Notes: generated by a model not told the origin, from the sequence alone. A stretch of 64,000 nt of DNA from Paraphysomonas bandaiensis (GCA_965644295.1 CBFFRP010000275.1:52532-116531), one strand, 5' to 3'. Positions 1 through 14,202 are shown, counted from the stretch's first letter. Numbers and translations: made by a program.

Positions 1-2292
1 TCATTTCTCTATCAATAATACGTACAGCACGTAGGAGAGAATCATTGGCAGCTCTAAAGACAGTCGAAAAATCGTTCGTGCGGTTGTGGGGTGAAGTTGG
101 AGCCAGTGAATTCTCACAATTGTACTGGGTTACTAAACTACTCCCATTTACGGTTAATGCTGACAAAAATAACTTCCAGTGTAGCAGCAACATGGCATTC
201 CCCATTCGCAGAAGGTCTGAGAGTGCCACGCGCCTGCATGCCTTCCACACAAGCGCTGCGCGTCGTGTCATTGTAGAGTCAACATCACAGCGTCCTTGCA
301 TAAACCAACCCAAAATATTCATCAATTCGGAAGCATCGTACTGTTCAACCATGTCACAAGTAACAACAGGAAATAACTTCGCTGTCCACAGAGAGGACTC
401 TGAGTCATCATCCCATATGTCACTCTTGGATAAATCACCACACTGAATAAAAATATAAAAGTTACTGGACAATGTATCCACGGCCTACTTACTTGCATCA
501 TATAGGTTATTTTCATACCACAGAGCGTTACTACGACATATTTAGAGCATAGAGAAATATCGGGCGTACATACTGTTTTCAATGTCACATTCTTTTATGT
601 TGTCCGCAGCTCCCAGAACAATCAACACGAATTCTTCACCCAAACATTCTCTGTCAACTAACAAAGGAACTTGTTGTATCATTGTATCAGGAGGTACAGA
701 CAGTGCGTATCCAAGCGTTGGCTGGATGTCACTTATAACAGAACCATTACCAATATTACAGCGACCGAACAACACTGAATTCTCTATCACCACTCCTCGA
801 CCAAGAACAGCACAAGGACAGAGGCCGATCGAGCTATTAATAGATATCACACCACCAAAATTGTGGGTTGTAATATCACTCTTATTGTTAATTGTGCATG
901 TGTTCTCTGTACAGCAGGTAGTGTAATGAATGGAGGAAATACTCGGCACAAGATTGTACTGTGCTCGAAGTAATGGGAGTATTCTCCGCATATCCAATGA
1001 CTCTTCAGCAAGAAGAGGGGCTGTCTGAAGCTCATACAGTTCACGCGACGTACCCAGGTGATAAAACACGCCTTCCTCAATAAATACCCCGAACAGAGGT
1101 GTGTCACAAAGTACGTTCCATATCGCAACCAGGGCCCGATGATATTCAGATGCGCTGTCCCACCCCTTTTCCAAAACTTCAACGTACTGCTGCCGCAGAC
1201 CTAATCTATGAAAATACTCCTCCAGTCCACACTTGCTCTGTACATTACATTCTAACCCAGTGCCTAAAATATATCCGCGAATATATGATACATACATTAT
1301 TCAGGGTCAAGGCATGCAGGATATCAGAGTAGAGCTCCAGTCTGAGGGCTGCAGCACCAGAGCGCAATCCTTTCTCCGTGCAGGCCGCCACAATAGGATC
1401 ATCCAGCAACCCAATTAGCGCCTTGATATAATTGTTAGATATTTTAATTTTAACATTTCCTGCAAAATGTATACTTTGAAAGCAGTTCCTGTAGCAATGA
1501 CAATGCCAGTGTCTATCAGAGTGGTGGCGTTCTCGTCGCAATCACCGAATACAACTCCAGCATCGATCATGTTCGCTACACTTGGCTTCTGTAGATAACG
1601 GTTTGCAGGAAACGTTGTAGATTTTATATTGCCAGCTTGCTTGCAAATACCTCCCAGAACGCCCTGCATATAGATTACTAAATTATATTAACAAAACCAA
1701 CTGGTTTACATGGTTCTGAGCTATATGAAGATGCTCCCTGACAGCGATCACATGGACCGCATTATCTACCATCACTGGTGTGTCCTGTCATTCGTAAAGG
1801 TTTCTATCAGGTTATAAGTTCATAATTATACGTACTTACCGAATGAGAATGCAGGTTGACGAGTACATCCGAGCTGGCTACAACCAATGATCCTGGATTC
1901 AGAGCATTCCAGATAACACTGAGCTCGGTCAACAAAAGCGCCATAGCTGACTGCTCATTTCGTTCACAGTTTATGCTCGTCCAGGCTTTACCCGTAATAG
2001 ACTTGAGCGGACATCGTCGGGAGTCCCCGCCACTGTGAACAACTACAACCCTTGCCTTCATTACTTCTTCTTTACCTACAGTCTCGATTAATTTATGAAT
2101 GGCGTTTAGAGTCCCTCCTCCACTTCCAATTCGAGTTCCATGAGGGTCGGATAGGCACATTAACCTGCAGTTGGAGTGGTTTATACAGTCCAGCCGTCTC
2201 TTTAGATATTCCAGCTGTTTCAGGTAGATATCACACATGGAGGAGCTGGGAGCTGTCACAAGAATGAACAAAGGGGTAGATACTGCAGTCAT
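1..2292 (-). CDS. L-fucokinase / GDP-L-fucose pyrophosphorylase (FKGP/FUK-like), N-terminal part; spliced, continues beyond the window start
   Basis: First exon has DPHGTRIGSGGGTLNA and VVHSGGDSRRCP. Later exons have YLQKPS...LIDTGI, LRLELYSDIL, FYHLGTSRE and a left-handed beta-helix-like stretch (GVVIENSVLFGRCNIGNGSVIS). GTAAGT donor at about 1839. The reading frame is still open at position 1. Confidence 0.85.
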
Positions 2293-2785
2293 GGTGGTTA
2301 GCTACAAGTAAATCACCCGCACCTATAAGCAGACATCTAATTAAGAGATACATACAGTCATATATGTACCAACTGTTCGTATACATATCCAAAACTGGTT
2401 TAAAAAATTACACTTTTGTCCTTTAAAATCCTGCGATGGGGCTAAAAAGTATGGAAAATAATTTAAAAATAGATATTTTTTACTACTTTAGTCATTAAAA
2501 ATCCGAAGAAGTATGGAAACTGAAACCTCAGGTTTTGATGATTTGTGAACAAAATTTCTTACATATTTCTTACATATTCCACAAGTTTTGTGGTGATGCT
2601 ATCATAATATCGTACTTTTTTTCAAATGATGTACTCTGTACATACTGCACTGGACTGCACTGATCACAGAAAAACTCAGCATTTTCCAAGCACAGGTACA
2701 GTAGAGTATGCAAGTATATCGATATACCATAAAATAAGCACACAACACACAACACTGCATAGAACAAGTGCGCGTAGTTCATGCA

Positions 2786-2886
2786 ATGCATGTATGTATG
2801 TATGTATGTATGTATGTATGTATGTATGTATGTATGTATGTATGTATGTATGTATGCATGTATGCATGTATGTATGTATGTATGTA
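2786..2886. repeat. (TATG)n microsatellite about 110 bp upstream of the RPB1 ATG
   Basis: Direct reading: about 25 near-perfect TATG units. Confidence 0.97.
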
Positions 2887-2996
2887 CTCTACATATAGCA
2901 TACAACACTCTAAACATCCCTCCATTCGATCATTCATACCTCCACACTCCTCACATTATTATATACACTATTCTTTATTTGGTGACTTGGTGAAAA

Positions 2997-5900
2997 ATGT
3001 CTAATCCTAAATTAAATTTTTCCCATTCACCATGTCGTCTTAGACGAGTAAAGAAAGTTCAGTTTGGTGTGTTTTCTCCAGATACGATCGTAAGTTTGCA
3101 TTCTTTATATATACTCGTATAACCATATATTCTTATATAGCGACAAGGTTCTGTTACACAAAAAGCTACAATTAATAATGTAGAAATTAGAGCAGGAGTT
3201 ACAAAGTATGAAATGAGAGATAAAAATGGTGATCCACTTTATGGTGGTGTATACGATCCCCGCATGGGCACCCTTGATTTTAAAACACGATGTAAAACGT
3301 GTGATTGCTCATATTCTGGTAGTTCTAACACAGATCATGACTGTCCTGGTCACTTTGGTCACATTGAGCTTGCGCGTCCTGTATATCACGTTGGTTTTAT
3401 CAATCAAGTGGTCAAGATTTTGCGCTGTGTGTGCTTTCACTGCTCACGTCTCCTCATCGATTCTAAAGATCGTAGAATACAGCAAGCCCTTTGCATTCGT
3501 GATCCAGAAACACGACTGCGTTGCATTCACGACCAGTGTCGCTTAAAACGTAAGTGTGACCCGGGGGAGGAGGGGGAACTCGTCTCACTGATGGAGAGCA
3601 TGGGGCTCGGATCGAGTCACTCTGAAGTGATCGGGTGTGGTGGGTTGATGCCTCAATACACACGGAAGGGCTTGCAGATTGAGGTTGAATATCACAAAGA
3701 TATGACGGATATTCCACACTCTGGTGACCGGAAGCAGTTTCTTTCTGCTCAGCAGGCATATGACATCCTTCGTAAGGTATCAGACGACGATGTGCGTGCC
3801 CTCGGTCTAGACCCTCAGTGGGCACGCCCCGAGTGGCTGATTGTGACAGTTCTTCCTGTACCACCACCTCATGTTCGGCCCTTTGTGAGGGCAGGGACTA
3901 AGAGTAACGAAGATGATCTTACTCACCTCTTGACCACGATAATAAAGGACAACTTAACTCTTGAGAACAAAATACAAAACGGCGAGCCAAAACACGTAAT
4001 TGACCAGTTGGAGCAGCTCCTTCAGTTCCGTGTGACGGGATTCTTTGACAATGAGCGTCCAGATATGCCACGGGAGAGTCAACGGGGTGGCCGACCCTTG
4101 AAAACCCTGAAGCAGCGCATTAAGGGAAAGGAAGGAAGGCTGCGTGGTAATCTTATGGGAAAACGAGTTGACTTCTCTGCTCGTACTGTTATTACCGCAG
4201 ACCCGAACCTCAGCATTGACCAAGTTGGTGTACCACGCTCGATAGCCCTTCGTCTTACTGTCCCGGTAACGGTGACTCCATTCAATATAAAGGAAATGAG
4301 AGAGCTGGTTGCGAATGGGCCGCACCAATGGCCAGGTGCGTGCTACATCATACGTGCAGATCAGACACGAAAAGATCTGCGCTTCGATTCCAGTAAGAGT
4401 GATTTGGTATTAGAACCGGGATGGATCGTGGAGAGACATTTACGGGATGATGATGTGGTGATATTTAATCGTCAACCTTCCCTCCATAAGATGTCTATCA
4501 TGGGACACAGGGCGAAGGTGCTCGATTGGTCGACTTTTCGCCTTAATCTCTCAGTGACTACCCCTTACAATGCTGACTTCGATGGAGATGAGATGAATCT
4601 CCACGTACCTCAGTCCATCACTGCTAGAGCCGATGTTGAGGAGCTTATGATGGTTCCTCGCAACATCGTTACCCCACAAAGCAACCGCAACGTGATGGGT
4701 ATTGTGCAGGATGCTCTGTTAGGGGTTACTCGTATGACAAAACGAGATGTGTTTATCGAGAAGGATGTAGTTATGAACACGATGTTGTGGATCGGTGACT
4801 GGGATGGAAAACTTCCATGTCCAGCTGTCATTAAGCCGCGCCCCCTCTGGACGGGCAAGCAACTGTTTACTATGGTTTGCCCTAATCTCAACTACCGCGG
4901 GAGATCGAAGAACAGTGTCGATAACGCAGCGGATAACCCATTCAATGTTTTGGACAGTAATGTACTTATCCATAACGGGGAGCTACTACAGGGAATTGTG
5001 GATAAGAATATCGTCGGTACGAGTGGGGGGTCTATCGTCCATATCTGCTGGTTGCAGGAAGGATGGAAAGAGACTCGAAGATTCATGAACCAACTTCAGT
5101 GTGTCGTGAACTATTGGATGGTGAACACCTCCTTCTCTGTGTCTGTATCAGATACTGTGGCAGATGCTGTGACGATGCGTAAGATTCAAGAGACGCTGAA
5201 TGATGCGAAGTCTAAAGTGAAGGGTATCATGGAGAGAGGCCAAGCAGGGGCACTCAAGGGCCAACCTGGGAAATCTCTCATGGAAACCTTCGAGTTTCAT
5301 GTAAATGAAGTGTTGAATGACGCTCGTGCGACCGTAGGAAAGTCTGCACAAAACTCATTAAAGGACCGCAATGCTATTAAGGGAACCGTGATGTCTGGGT
5401 CTAAAGGGTCATTTTATAACATCTCCCAGATTATTGGTTGTGTTGGTCAGCAGAATGTACAAGGCTCTCGTATCAAGTATGGGTTCCAGAGGCGCACTCT
5501 ACCACATTTTGCGAAAGATGACTTAGGCATGGAGTCTCGTGGCTTTGTGGAAAACAGCTATCTTCGTGGTTTGGCGCCCGCTGAATTCTTTTTCCATGCA
5601 ATGGGAGGCAGAGAGGGTCTGATAGACACAGCCGTTAAAACTTCAGATACTGGTTATATTCAACGCCGACTCGTCAAAGCTATGGAGACCGTCATAGCTA
5701 GATATGACTCGACTCTAAGGAATTCATATGGGTGTGTGATGCAATTTCTCTTCGGAGAGGATGGCATGGATGCCCAGAGAATAGAGAAACAGTATTTTGA
5801 CTTCTACAAGTTAGGTGAATCGGAATTTAGAAAGAGGTATTATCTGGACTTCAGCTCCGAGCACGAGGGTCAGCTGATACCTTCCACTCTCACCAACGAG

Positions 5901-8288
5901 CCTGTATACTTCCTGCAAAAAGATATATGCGATGCCTGTATGAGTGACACGGAGGTCAGGGTAATGTTGGAGGAGGAATATGACATGCTATGCAATGATC
6001 GCATTATGCTTAGACATATTTTAGCGTGTAGAGGTCATGGTGCGGAGACAGATGACAGCATATATCTTCCTGTCAATATGGACCGCCTGATTTGGAACGC
6101 ACAGAGAAAATTTCGAATCAATCGCAGCGAACCAACATCCTTGCATCCGCGTATTGTGGTCGAGACTGTTCGCAAGATGTGTCGCGATGATATCGTGGTA
6201 ATTAGAGGAGAAGACCCACTTTCCAGAGAGGCTCAGGATAACGCGACACTCTTGTTCAAGATCCTGGTACGCTCCAAGCTTAACTCAAAGCGTGTGCTCA
6301 AGGATTATCGACTCAATGAGGCGGCACTTATGTGGCTGAAAGGAGAAATTGTGGCAGGGTTCATAGGTGCGATTGTGAATCCTGGGGAAATGTGTGGAGT
6401 GATGGCCGCTCAATCCATCGGCGAACCTGCAACACAAATGACGCTAAACACATTTCATAACTCCGGAATTTCAGCGAAAAATGTCACGCTCGGTGTACCT
6501 CGTCTGAATGAGATCTTGAATGTATCAAAAAGTATTAGAACGCCCTCTCTGACTGTTTACATGGTTGACGAGCTTGCATTTGATGAGGACGAGGTGAAAG
6601 ACCTAATGGTTAAATTTGAGTACACAACTTTGGGAGACTTGACGCTGCTGACAGAGATACACTATGATCCAGACCCCCTTACCTCTGTGATAGAGGAGGA
6701 TCGCGAGTTTGTGGAGGAGTTCTTCGGTAGTAGTGTGGGTAATGAGGATGATCCATCCCGTATGTCTCCTTGGGTACTTCGTATTGTGCTGATCCACAAG
6801 CCCATGCAGTATCTAATTAAGAAAAATGTACTTGAAATGGAGGATATCGCGAATGAGATCTATGAGAAGCTCGATAAGGCTGTGCATGTGGTACATACAG
6901 ATACCAACGCCGACAAGCTTGTCCTTCGTATTCGTATCTTGATGGATGATGAAGAGAGACATCGCATGGAGTCGGAAGAGGGACGGATTGGAAGCGATGG
7001 CGATGATGTATTTCTACACCGTATGCAGGCGGAATTGCTGGACTCTCTACATTTGCTTGGCGTGCCTGGGATAAAGAAGGTTTACCACAGAGAGAATAAG
7101 CGCGCACTCTGGTCAGATAGTACTGGATTCGTCAATAAAAAGGAATGGATACTCGAAACTGATGGGTCTAATCTGGCAGAAGTGTTTGCACTTCCTATGG
7201 TTGACCATACCCGCACAACTAGTAATGATATCGTGGAGATGTTTAACGTATTGGGGGTTGAGGGAGCACGCTCTTCTATATTCCACGAACTACGTGGGGT
7301 CCTTTCATTCGATAGTTCTTATGTAAACTACCGTCACATTGCATGCTTGGCGGATTGCATGACCTTTAGAGGGGATCTCATGGCAGTATCACGCCATGGC
7401 ATTAATCGTGGCGAGACAGGTCCCCTGCTTCGCGCCTCTTTCGAGGAAACTGCCGAAATCCTCATGTCCGCTGCCATGTTTAGTCAATATGATATTCTTA
7501 ATGGTGTGACGGAGAATATTATGCTTGGCCAACTGGCTCGTGTTGGTACTGGCATGGTAGACTTACTACTGGACTTCGACAAATTGAAGAATGCAATAGA
7601 CAGTGGTGTAGACAAGAATGCTGCAATGAAGGACCTATCTACTGCGGAACCGGTCAATACACCTGTGACTACTCCTTTAGCCATGACCCCTGGGAATGGT
7701 ATTGGCTTCGGCGATGCAACTCCTGGTGGTGCTGTGTTCAGTGAGCATGAGCCATTGTACAATTTTCCGACTCCTTCCGCCCAGTCCCCAGGGTATTCGC
7801 CGTCTCCTCTATATGCCCAGTCTCCAGGATTCGCTCCCTCATTCAATTCGAGCTCGTATAGTCCTAGCTATCAGTCGCCGGGATATTCACCGACGAGTCC
7901 AGCATACTCACCGACAAGCCCTGCGTATTCTCCTACGAGCCCTGCTTACTCTCCAACTTCACCGGCATACTCTCCCACCTCCCCAGCCTACTCCCCAACT
8001 AGCCCTGCGTATTCTCCCACAAGTCCCGCATATTCACCAACATCGCCCGCCTACTCTCCTACAAGTCCTGCTTACTCGCCTACAAGTCCTGCCTACTCGC
8101 CTACAAGCCCTGCCTACTCCCCTACGAGCCCTGCCTACTCCCCTACAAGCCCTGCCTACTCACCCACCAGTCCTGCTTATTCCCCAGCCGATGAAACAAG
8201 CCCAGCATACTCAGCATCGAGTCCTCCGTACTCTCCAACCAGCCCAGGTTTTACTCATGACCAGAACACAAGTCCTGAGTACAGGTGA
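2997..8288 (+). CDS. RPB1: RNA polymerase II largest subunit; exon 1 2997-3089, intron 3090-3140, exon 2 3141-8288
   Basis: Motifs CPGHFGH, GKRVDFSAR, YNADFDGDEMN, FHAMGGREGL and TQMTLNTFH, plus C-terminal heptads. The upstream exon MSNPKLNFSHSPCRLRRVKKVQFGVFSPDTI joins in frame across a 51-bp GTAAGT...TAG intron. Confidence 0.99.
7884..8177 (+). repeat. RPB1 CTD: 14 perfect YSPTSPA heptads flanked by degenerate heptads
   Basis: 294 nt = 14 x 21 nt. Synonymous codons vary while the peptide is invariant. Confidence 0.97.
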
Positions 8289-8819
8289 GAAAGTAACTGT
8301 GGTTTGTGACGCTATGGTTAAGTGATGCGCATGTTAGCCCAGCTAGTCCTCAAGATGGACGATCTGGCTATTACTGAGGAGTTACAAACGACGCATTGTG
8401 AGTGTGCAAGTGAACATCCCATCGGTGTCAGTGAATTGTAGAGTAAGGCGCAATTAGCAGAATAGTGGTGTCATTACTACTGCATTGATAGCATATCTGG
8501 TAGGTTGTTCACTCAAGTATGCTTCTTCTAGCGCAGTATTGATGTGAAATAATAACAGTACAAAAATTCAAGGAAAAAGTATTGAAACGCTTCGCATTCT
8601 TTTTGAGTTTTGCTTATTTGTAAGCAATTGATAAAAAAGTTGTATTCTAAGGTATTCGACTTATGACCGTTAGCTCAAGAATATAGTACATGATTTAATG
8701 ATATGAATTATGTTACAGAAACGGATATACTTTGACTGTATAGATCTGATAGTCTTGGTTGGATGTAGAGAAAACTTAGCGTCGAGTTTGTTGGAATACG
8801 AGTGCTTCTGTAAGATAGA

Positions 8820-9040
8820 ACTGTAGAATACGTAAAATACAATGCGAAAAACTGTAATACGTAGTCGAAAATACTATAGACCTAAAACTGGGAAACTGAA
8901 GTGATAGTAGTGAAAGAGTGATTGTCTTATAATTAGCAATAGGCGTTGAAGAGTCAATGCTTAACACTGATATCCTACCATTTAGCGCTACAAAAGCTGT
9001 TTGTGTGTCACCGGAAGCACCATCGTGCAACCACTTTCGC
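8820..9040. repeat. Unclassified dispersed repeat, copy 1 (homologous to about 22640-22859)
   Basis: ctgatatcctaccatttagcgctacaaaagctgtttgtg (8967) matches ctgatatcctactatttagcgctacgaatgctgcttgtg (22799). Both copies also share gtgcaaccactttcg and upstream tagtagtgaa...attagcaata. Confidence 0.75.
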
Positions 9041-9633
9041 ACTATCACTCAAAGCAAACGCAGTGAACAAGCAGAACATCTGCTGACTTCAGAATATTTG
9101 AGTCCTTAAGGTGAACAGCCTCAGATGCTTGAATTCAGCAGGCTGCCCAATACCCCGGACGTCCTCCTGGAGGTGGGCCCATTCTCGGATGCCTCCCTAT
9201 CTGTGTATTCGTCAAGGCCCAAGGCGTCTACGCAAGTGACAATTATTTGTGTCCCTTGTACCACACAAGAATTCGGCTATGAGTGGGCAAAACAGTATCT
9301 GCTGTCTATGTTTGCGGCTCACGTTAGTTTCCCGGATAAATATTTCCAGTACTTTTTCCCCAGGAAACCACGAAATGGTGCGAGTCCGACTTTGTTGAGG
9401 GAACTGAAGTGATATGACGATCCAAGATGCGGAAGTTGACCAGCTGTTGATATAAAAGGAATATACAATTATGTTGTTAATATATAGTTAATATATATCT
9501 TAGATGCTAACGCACAATTGTGAAAACAACAATAAATAATAATCGTACATATCTAGTAATATTACTTTTAAACTTCTTCTACGATCTAAACCAATACTTT
9601 CATCTCAACTAGGGTTATCTATCTACTATATCC

Positions 9634-9755
9634 CAGGGCCTGGTAACCGTTAATAGTCCCTTACTGGTACCCAGTTCCCCGCAATTATAAAGGCCATCAA
9701 TAAAATAAGCTCCCGCATTTATAGTTGCATTGCCATTAATGGTTACGTGGCCCTG
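9634..9755. mobile_element. hAT-type MITE, family A (122 bp)
   Basis: Left TIR cagggcctggtaaccgttaat; right TIR (reverse complement) cagggccacgtaaccattaat. The 8-bp flanks ctatatcc / ctttatcc match at 7/8. Internal ccagttccc.gcaattataa is shared with the 38522 and 53236 copies. Confidence 0.85.
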
Positions 9756-9956
9756 CTTTATCCCCTGGCAAGAATTGTTTCCCAATGCTATTTATACATT
9801 GAATGACACACCCGTACTTAGTTTCAATACAACAACACGCTATATTTATTGGAACCAAGAAATTATTCCTACACATTGGAAACTGCTATTTCGTAGGCAG
9901 CTCAATGTGAATCCGTAACCATACTACATACAGCTAATGGTATACTCAGAACTACG

Positions 9957-11303
9957 TTACTGCTGCAATTCATAACCATTCGCAGCAAATGTCGGCCACA
10001 TAAATGATCGCTCTCTGAAAAACCTAGTCATCTTCTTCAGCACCTGTGATTTTTATAAGACAACAGTCCAGAGCACAAATACAAGATGCATACCATGTTG
10101 TAACAGGTGTTCCTATCAAGTTTTCTGTCTTTGCATTCTTTGTATTGAGTGACAACATGTACTTTCCTTTCAGGAAATCCCACAGGCAAATCCTGCAGGC
10201 GACTCTTCAATACCTACACGATAAATTACGACATCTATGTCTATAGTAAACACGCCTACAGACCTTTTTTTCTGTCATGCCCAGTTCGAGAAAGTCAGAT
10301 AAAGGCTCGTAGAAGGCCTTGGGGTTTGACATGATGTGTTCATAGTGTGCGATAAATATCTTATGACAGGGTATACTGCATTTATTGCAGTTAAACAGAT
10401 AGTTAATCGAAACACAATTCAGCCATAATGAATCATGCTTACGTGCGTAGGGCAGCTTCGATGTGAATCATAGTGTGTTCAGCAATGTGGACAGCTTGGT
10501 TGAATGAGGAGACAAAATCTCGTCGCATCGCAGACATGACTGTGTCCTAAAAGTAATATACGGCGTCAACATTTACATTATTATATCCCTTGACCAACGA
10601 GGTAAGACATACCGAAGTGTTTCTCAAAATCAAAAGATATTTCACATTTAAAATATCTCCGTCAAGGTGCTGCACATTGATTATATCCGGGTGCATGAAT
10701 AAGCGTCCAGGTCGCCGTATGGCTCCAGTTGGGAAAGAGTCCTCACTATCTAATATCTTTCTGTTTAGCAAAAGCGACCGAGACATCATATAAGTATAAT
10801 ACCAGTCAAAACTAGGACAGTACATACTTGCATGCTGGTGGGTGTTCCTTAACCCGCAAAGCTAATTGCTCTTGAATACCAGATCTCAATTCTTCAGGAG
10901 TTCTTCGAGGCACACCGTCACCAATATCTCGCCTATAATGACGAGCATTTATCTAATTACATTGTTAATAATAACATCATCATATAAATGAATAGATTAC
11001 CCAAACACAATCATATATTGGAGTGTTTAATAGTTTGGTCCAAAAATGATGAGCTGAACCTTCTAATCCAACTACAAGTACATACTGGGGTAGGTTACTA
11101 GTTTGTTTTGGCCATCCACATTCTCTATGTACAGGAATACATGTACCATCTTCAATATTCTGATATATCTTCTTCATTCCATTAAAGTAATCAGTGTATC
11201 CTGAATATACTTGTGCATTACTATCACAATGAATTGAATGATTTGAAGCATAAGTATGATTAGCAGATATGAAAAATTGTAAGAATAATGTTTTCCAATT
11301 CAT
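9957..11303 (-). CDS. Sulfotransferase-like (P-loop) protein, multi-exon
   Basis: YVLVVGLEGSAHHFW resembles a PAPS-binding loop. KYLLILRNT joined to DTVMSAMRR resembles the RxPxDxxxS 3'-PB motif, followed by IAHYEHIMSNP. Final exon ...MWPTFAANGYELQQ*. Confidence 0.6.
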
Positions 11304-11894
11304 TTTATTTCAAATTATATGGAATCATTGATATAACTATCTATCTATATATATATGTATATATATAGAGAGAGTGAGTGTGTTATAGTCATGTGATGGG
11401 AGATCCTCGTAGTAACATCAATGCAATGCAGTGAGATGCGTATCGGTAGTCAGCATCTTATTTTTCGGTAATAAATTGAAGCAAATATTATCTATATTAC
11501 TGCAATACAACTACGGTTGGAATACATATAATTGTTGCCTCAATATTACAGGCATCTTTGATCTGGAGTTTGTACGTAGTTTGTATTGTGTATGTGGATA
11601 TGTGGAGATAAAAGGAGCTTAATAATGCAATTTTCTATATAGTGGGATATACTTTTGGTACAAGAAATCTGGAAAACCAAGAAATAAATAACTTCTAAAA
11701 ACTGATACAAAAAAGGGATATTTTGAGTCGGATTAAGCACTTTTGCTATTTACTTGGCGACCTAAAATACCAAAAAACTACGTTTTTATAAAATTTATAT
11801 ATACTGTACACTGTAGCTCATATGATCCAAAGTTGTTGCAAGTATGTGAGCATAATCATAGTATGAAGATGTGTATCATATCATGCGTGAGACA

Positions 11895-12726
11895 TACTGT
11901 GGCTGGGAATCAAGCAGGCTGTGCAGAATCTTCAAACGGATGGCCCGCCATATCTACACCTCCCATCGTCACCGCGTTCATGATATTCCATACCATGAGG
12001 CATCGTGTCAGCATTTCAAGCCAAGAAATCAAGCTTACATACTTTAGAAGTACTCAACACTCGTATTCGAAATGTTGCAGAGGCATATGACGACTTCCGA
12101 ATTACCATTGTAGATCACAGGGAGCGGTAGGATTCAACGCCCATGGACAAAGTGTGCATCTTGATATTCTAACTCAGATATACAGTGGGTTCAAGAAGGT
12201 GTACTTTTCAATGCTTGAAACTGTTGTTTGTATACTAGGTTCTCAGCCTTTTGTACATATTGAGTGTAAATGCATTTGGACTCATCACCTATTTTAATGG
12301 TCCCCATCTTGGATCACCGTAAGGTTTATATCAGACCTACCTTTGCGCAGTCCCTTCGACGTTTCAATATACCACTTCACGAATTAGCCAAGATTGGCGA
12401 CAAGATTTTCGTTCAGAGTCTTTCTTCGTTTTAGTACCTGCACCAAGAGACCAGGAAGAATATGAAAGGATCGAGAGCACTTGTCGTACTTGTGTGGGGT
12501 GGGTCAATGGAAAGGTCACTGAAAATTGGAAATATATTACGTGCAAGTTACAATTAAAAGTACAATTAGTAAGTGATCGAGCAGTGCATTTGTGGTAGCA
12601 GCTGTATTGACTAGTAAGTTAACACTTTGCAGTAGCTGTTAGACTGCAAATTATTTTAGTGATAGCGAAGGTAACCATTTTGGTATGGAAATGTCCACGT
12701 TAGAGGAGTGGTTTGAAATTATTTGA
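11895..12726 (+). pseudogene. Decayed PIF/Harbinger-like (DDE_Tnp_4/HARBI1-type) transposase
   Basis: Collinear fragments in shifting frames: GWESSRLCRIFKRMARHIY, QIYSGFKKVY...ETVV, GLITYFNGPHLG, IGDKIF, ESTCRTCVGWVNGKVTENWKYI..KLQLKVQ, FVVAAVLT, TANYF...TLEEWF. Multiple stops and frameshifts. Confidence 0.7.
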
Positions 12727-13192
12727 GTTCCAAGTCATATAGTATATATATTCTTCGAAGATTTATAGTGATATTATTTGCAATTTGTAAAAGTATTCAT
12801 TGAGTTCTTCTGTATGACAGGATGTATAATTGTGTATTTGAAATAAGTTAATCGTGTGAAACTAACATGTAGCTGGAAAGGGTGAATGTAGTTTGAATAC
12901 AAAGGAAGTATGTTCAGTTGCTGATATATGTCTATATAAACTATTTATGAGTACAGGATGGCCTGGTGAGCACATGATATAAATATGATACCTTAAGGTT
13001 TGATTTAAAATTTTATTTCTTGAAAGGAGGTTGTTTTCAAAAGTAATAGCTACAATTCAAACCTCATACCACAATGTCATGCCACAAGCACAAACAATAA
13101 TACATTTAGAATTCATATATATAGCGGTCAAGATCACAGTAATAGGCGGTGGTGATGTCATTCCTTTGTACGTCACATTACATACAGTCAAG

Positions 13193-13527
13193 CAGGGCTA
13201 GGAACCAATATATTGAATTGCAATATATTGTAAAATATATTGTTTGGTGGTGATGTTGACGTCAGTGATGATGGCGCAGAGGATGAGAACGAGGTAGATT
13301 TTTATTAGCTATAAGCAGTTGTGGGTTTGGTTGCCATATGATCTTAATGACTAATCCTAAATATGGAATCTACGGATGTGTTTACTTACTGATTAGTCAT
13401 ACTAATATATTTCAATATATTGACAATATATTGCCATATATTGTAATTGTATTGTTGAGCCTGTTTAAAATCTCCATCAATAGTACTATCTAACAATAGT
13501 ATTGCAGTATATTGTTTCCTAGCCCTG
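13193..13527. mobile_element. hAT-type MITE, family B (335 bp)
   Basis: TIR cagggctaggaaccaatatattg versus reverse complement cagggctaggaaacaatatactg. Subterminal caatatattg repeats. The 8-bp flanks cagtcaag / ttgtcaag match at 6/8. Confidence 0.8.
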
Positions 13528-13606
13528 TTGTCAAGGCATCAGAATGTAGTACATTATATATTTTATCATAAATACATTGCCATGCAATATATTTGAGTGT
13601 ACATAC

Positions 13607-13873
13607 ATCCGCAGCGCAACATGTGGATATTAAAACTGAAAAGAACGCCAATGCGGCCAACTCGTAATTGAAAAAGAGAGCAGATTACACTTCAAATTGA
13701 GCAACGCCGAATGAAGTTTGATCTGCTCGACCCGTGCTTTTTCAATTTCGAGTTGGTCATGGTATCGCTCTTTTACAACTTTTAGTTGGCCGTATTGGCG
13801 TTATCTTTCAATTGCAATATCCAAATGTTGACGTTCTTGATTAACTTCTAACTTCTCGTGTTGCGCTGCGGAT
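13607..13873. repeat. Imperfect long inverted repeat (fold-back) within coiled-coil-coding-like sequence
   Basis: atccgcagcgcaac ... gttgcgctgcggat. Inner arms caacatgtggatattaaaactgaaaagaacgccaatgcggccaact versus reverse complement caacatttggatattgcaattgaaagataacgccaatacggccaact. Confidence 0.85.
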
Positions 13874-14202
13874 TCTGTGGCCGCTATATTTACCATCGCT
13901 TCCGCAATTGTCAACTTGAATGGCGGCTTCGGGGCCCCAGAGGGCTTATCTTCAGCTCCTTCACCACCCATCAAGTTTACCGCGTGTCTGGCTTGCGTTC
14001 GCCTGGGCTTCTTTGGTGGTTTATCCTTACCTTAATAAATAGTCAATTTCATACCGTTGAAACAAGGCACGATAAGATTATACATCTACTATATATATCC
14101 AGATGGTATAGTCCTGCAGTGAGATAACTATGTATAGTATACTGTCGATACCACGAGCACTATTAATTAGGTCTGCTCCTAAAGCATCCGTCTTCATCTT
14201 CT

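Noticed and set aside
2570-3004. Several ORFs with HTYI / MYVC repeats
   Set aside because: Translations of the (TATG)n microsatellite in the RPB1 promoter, not genes.
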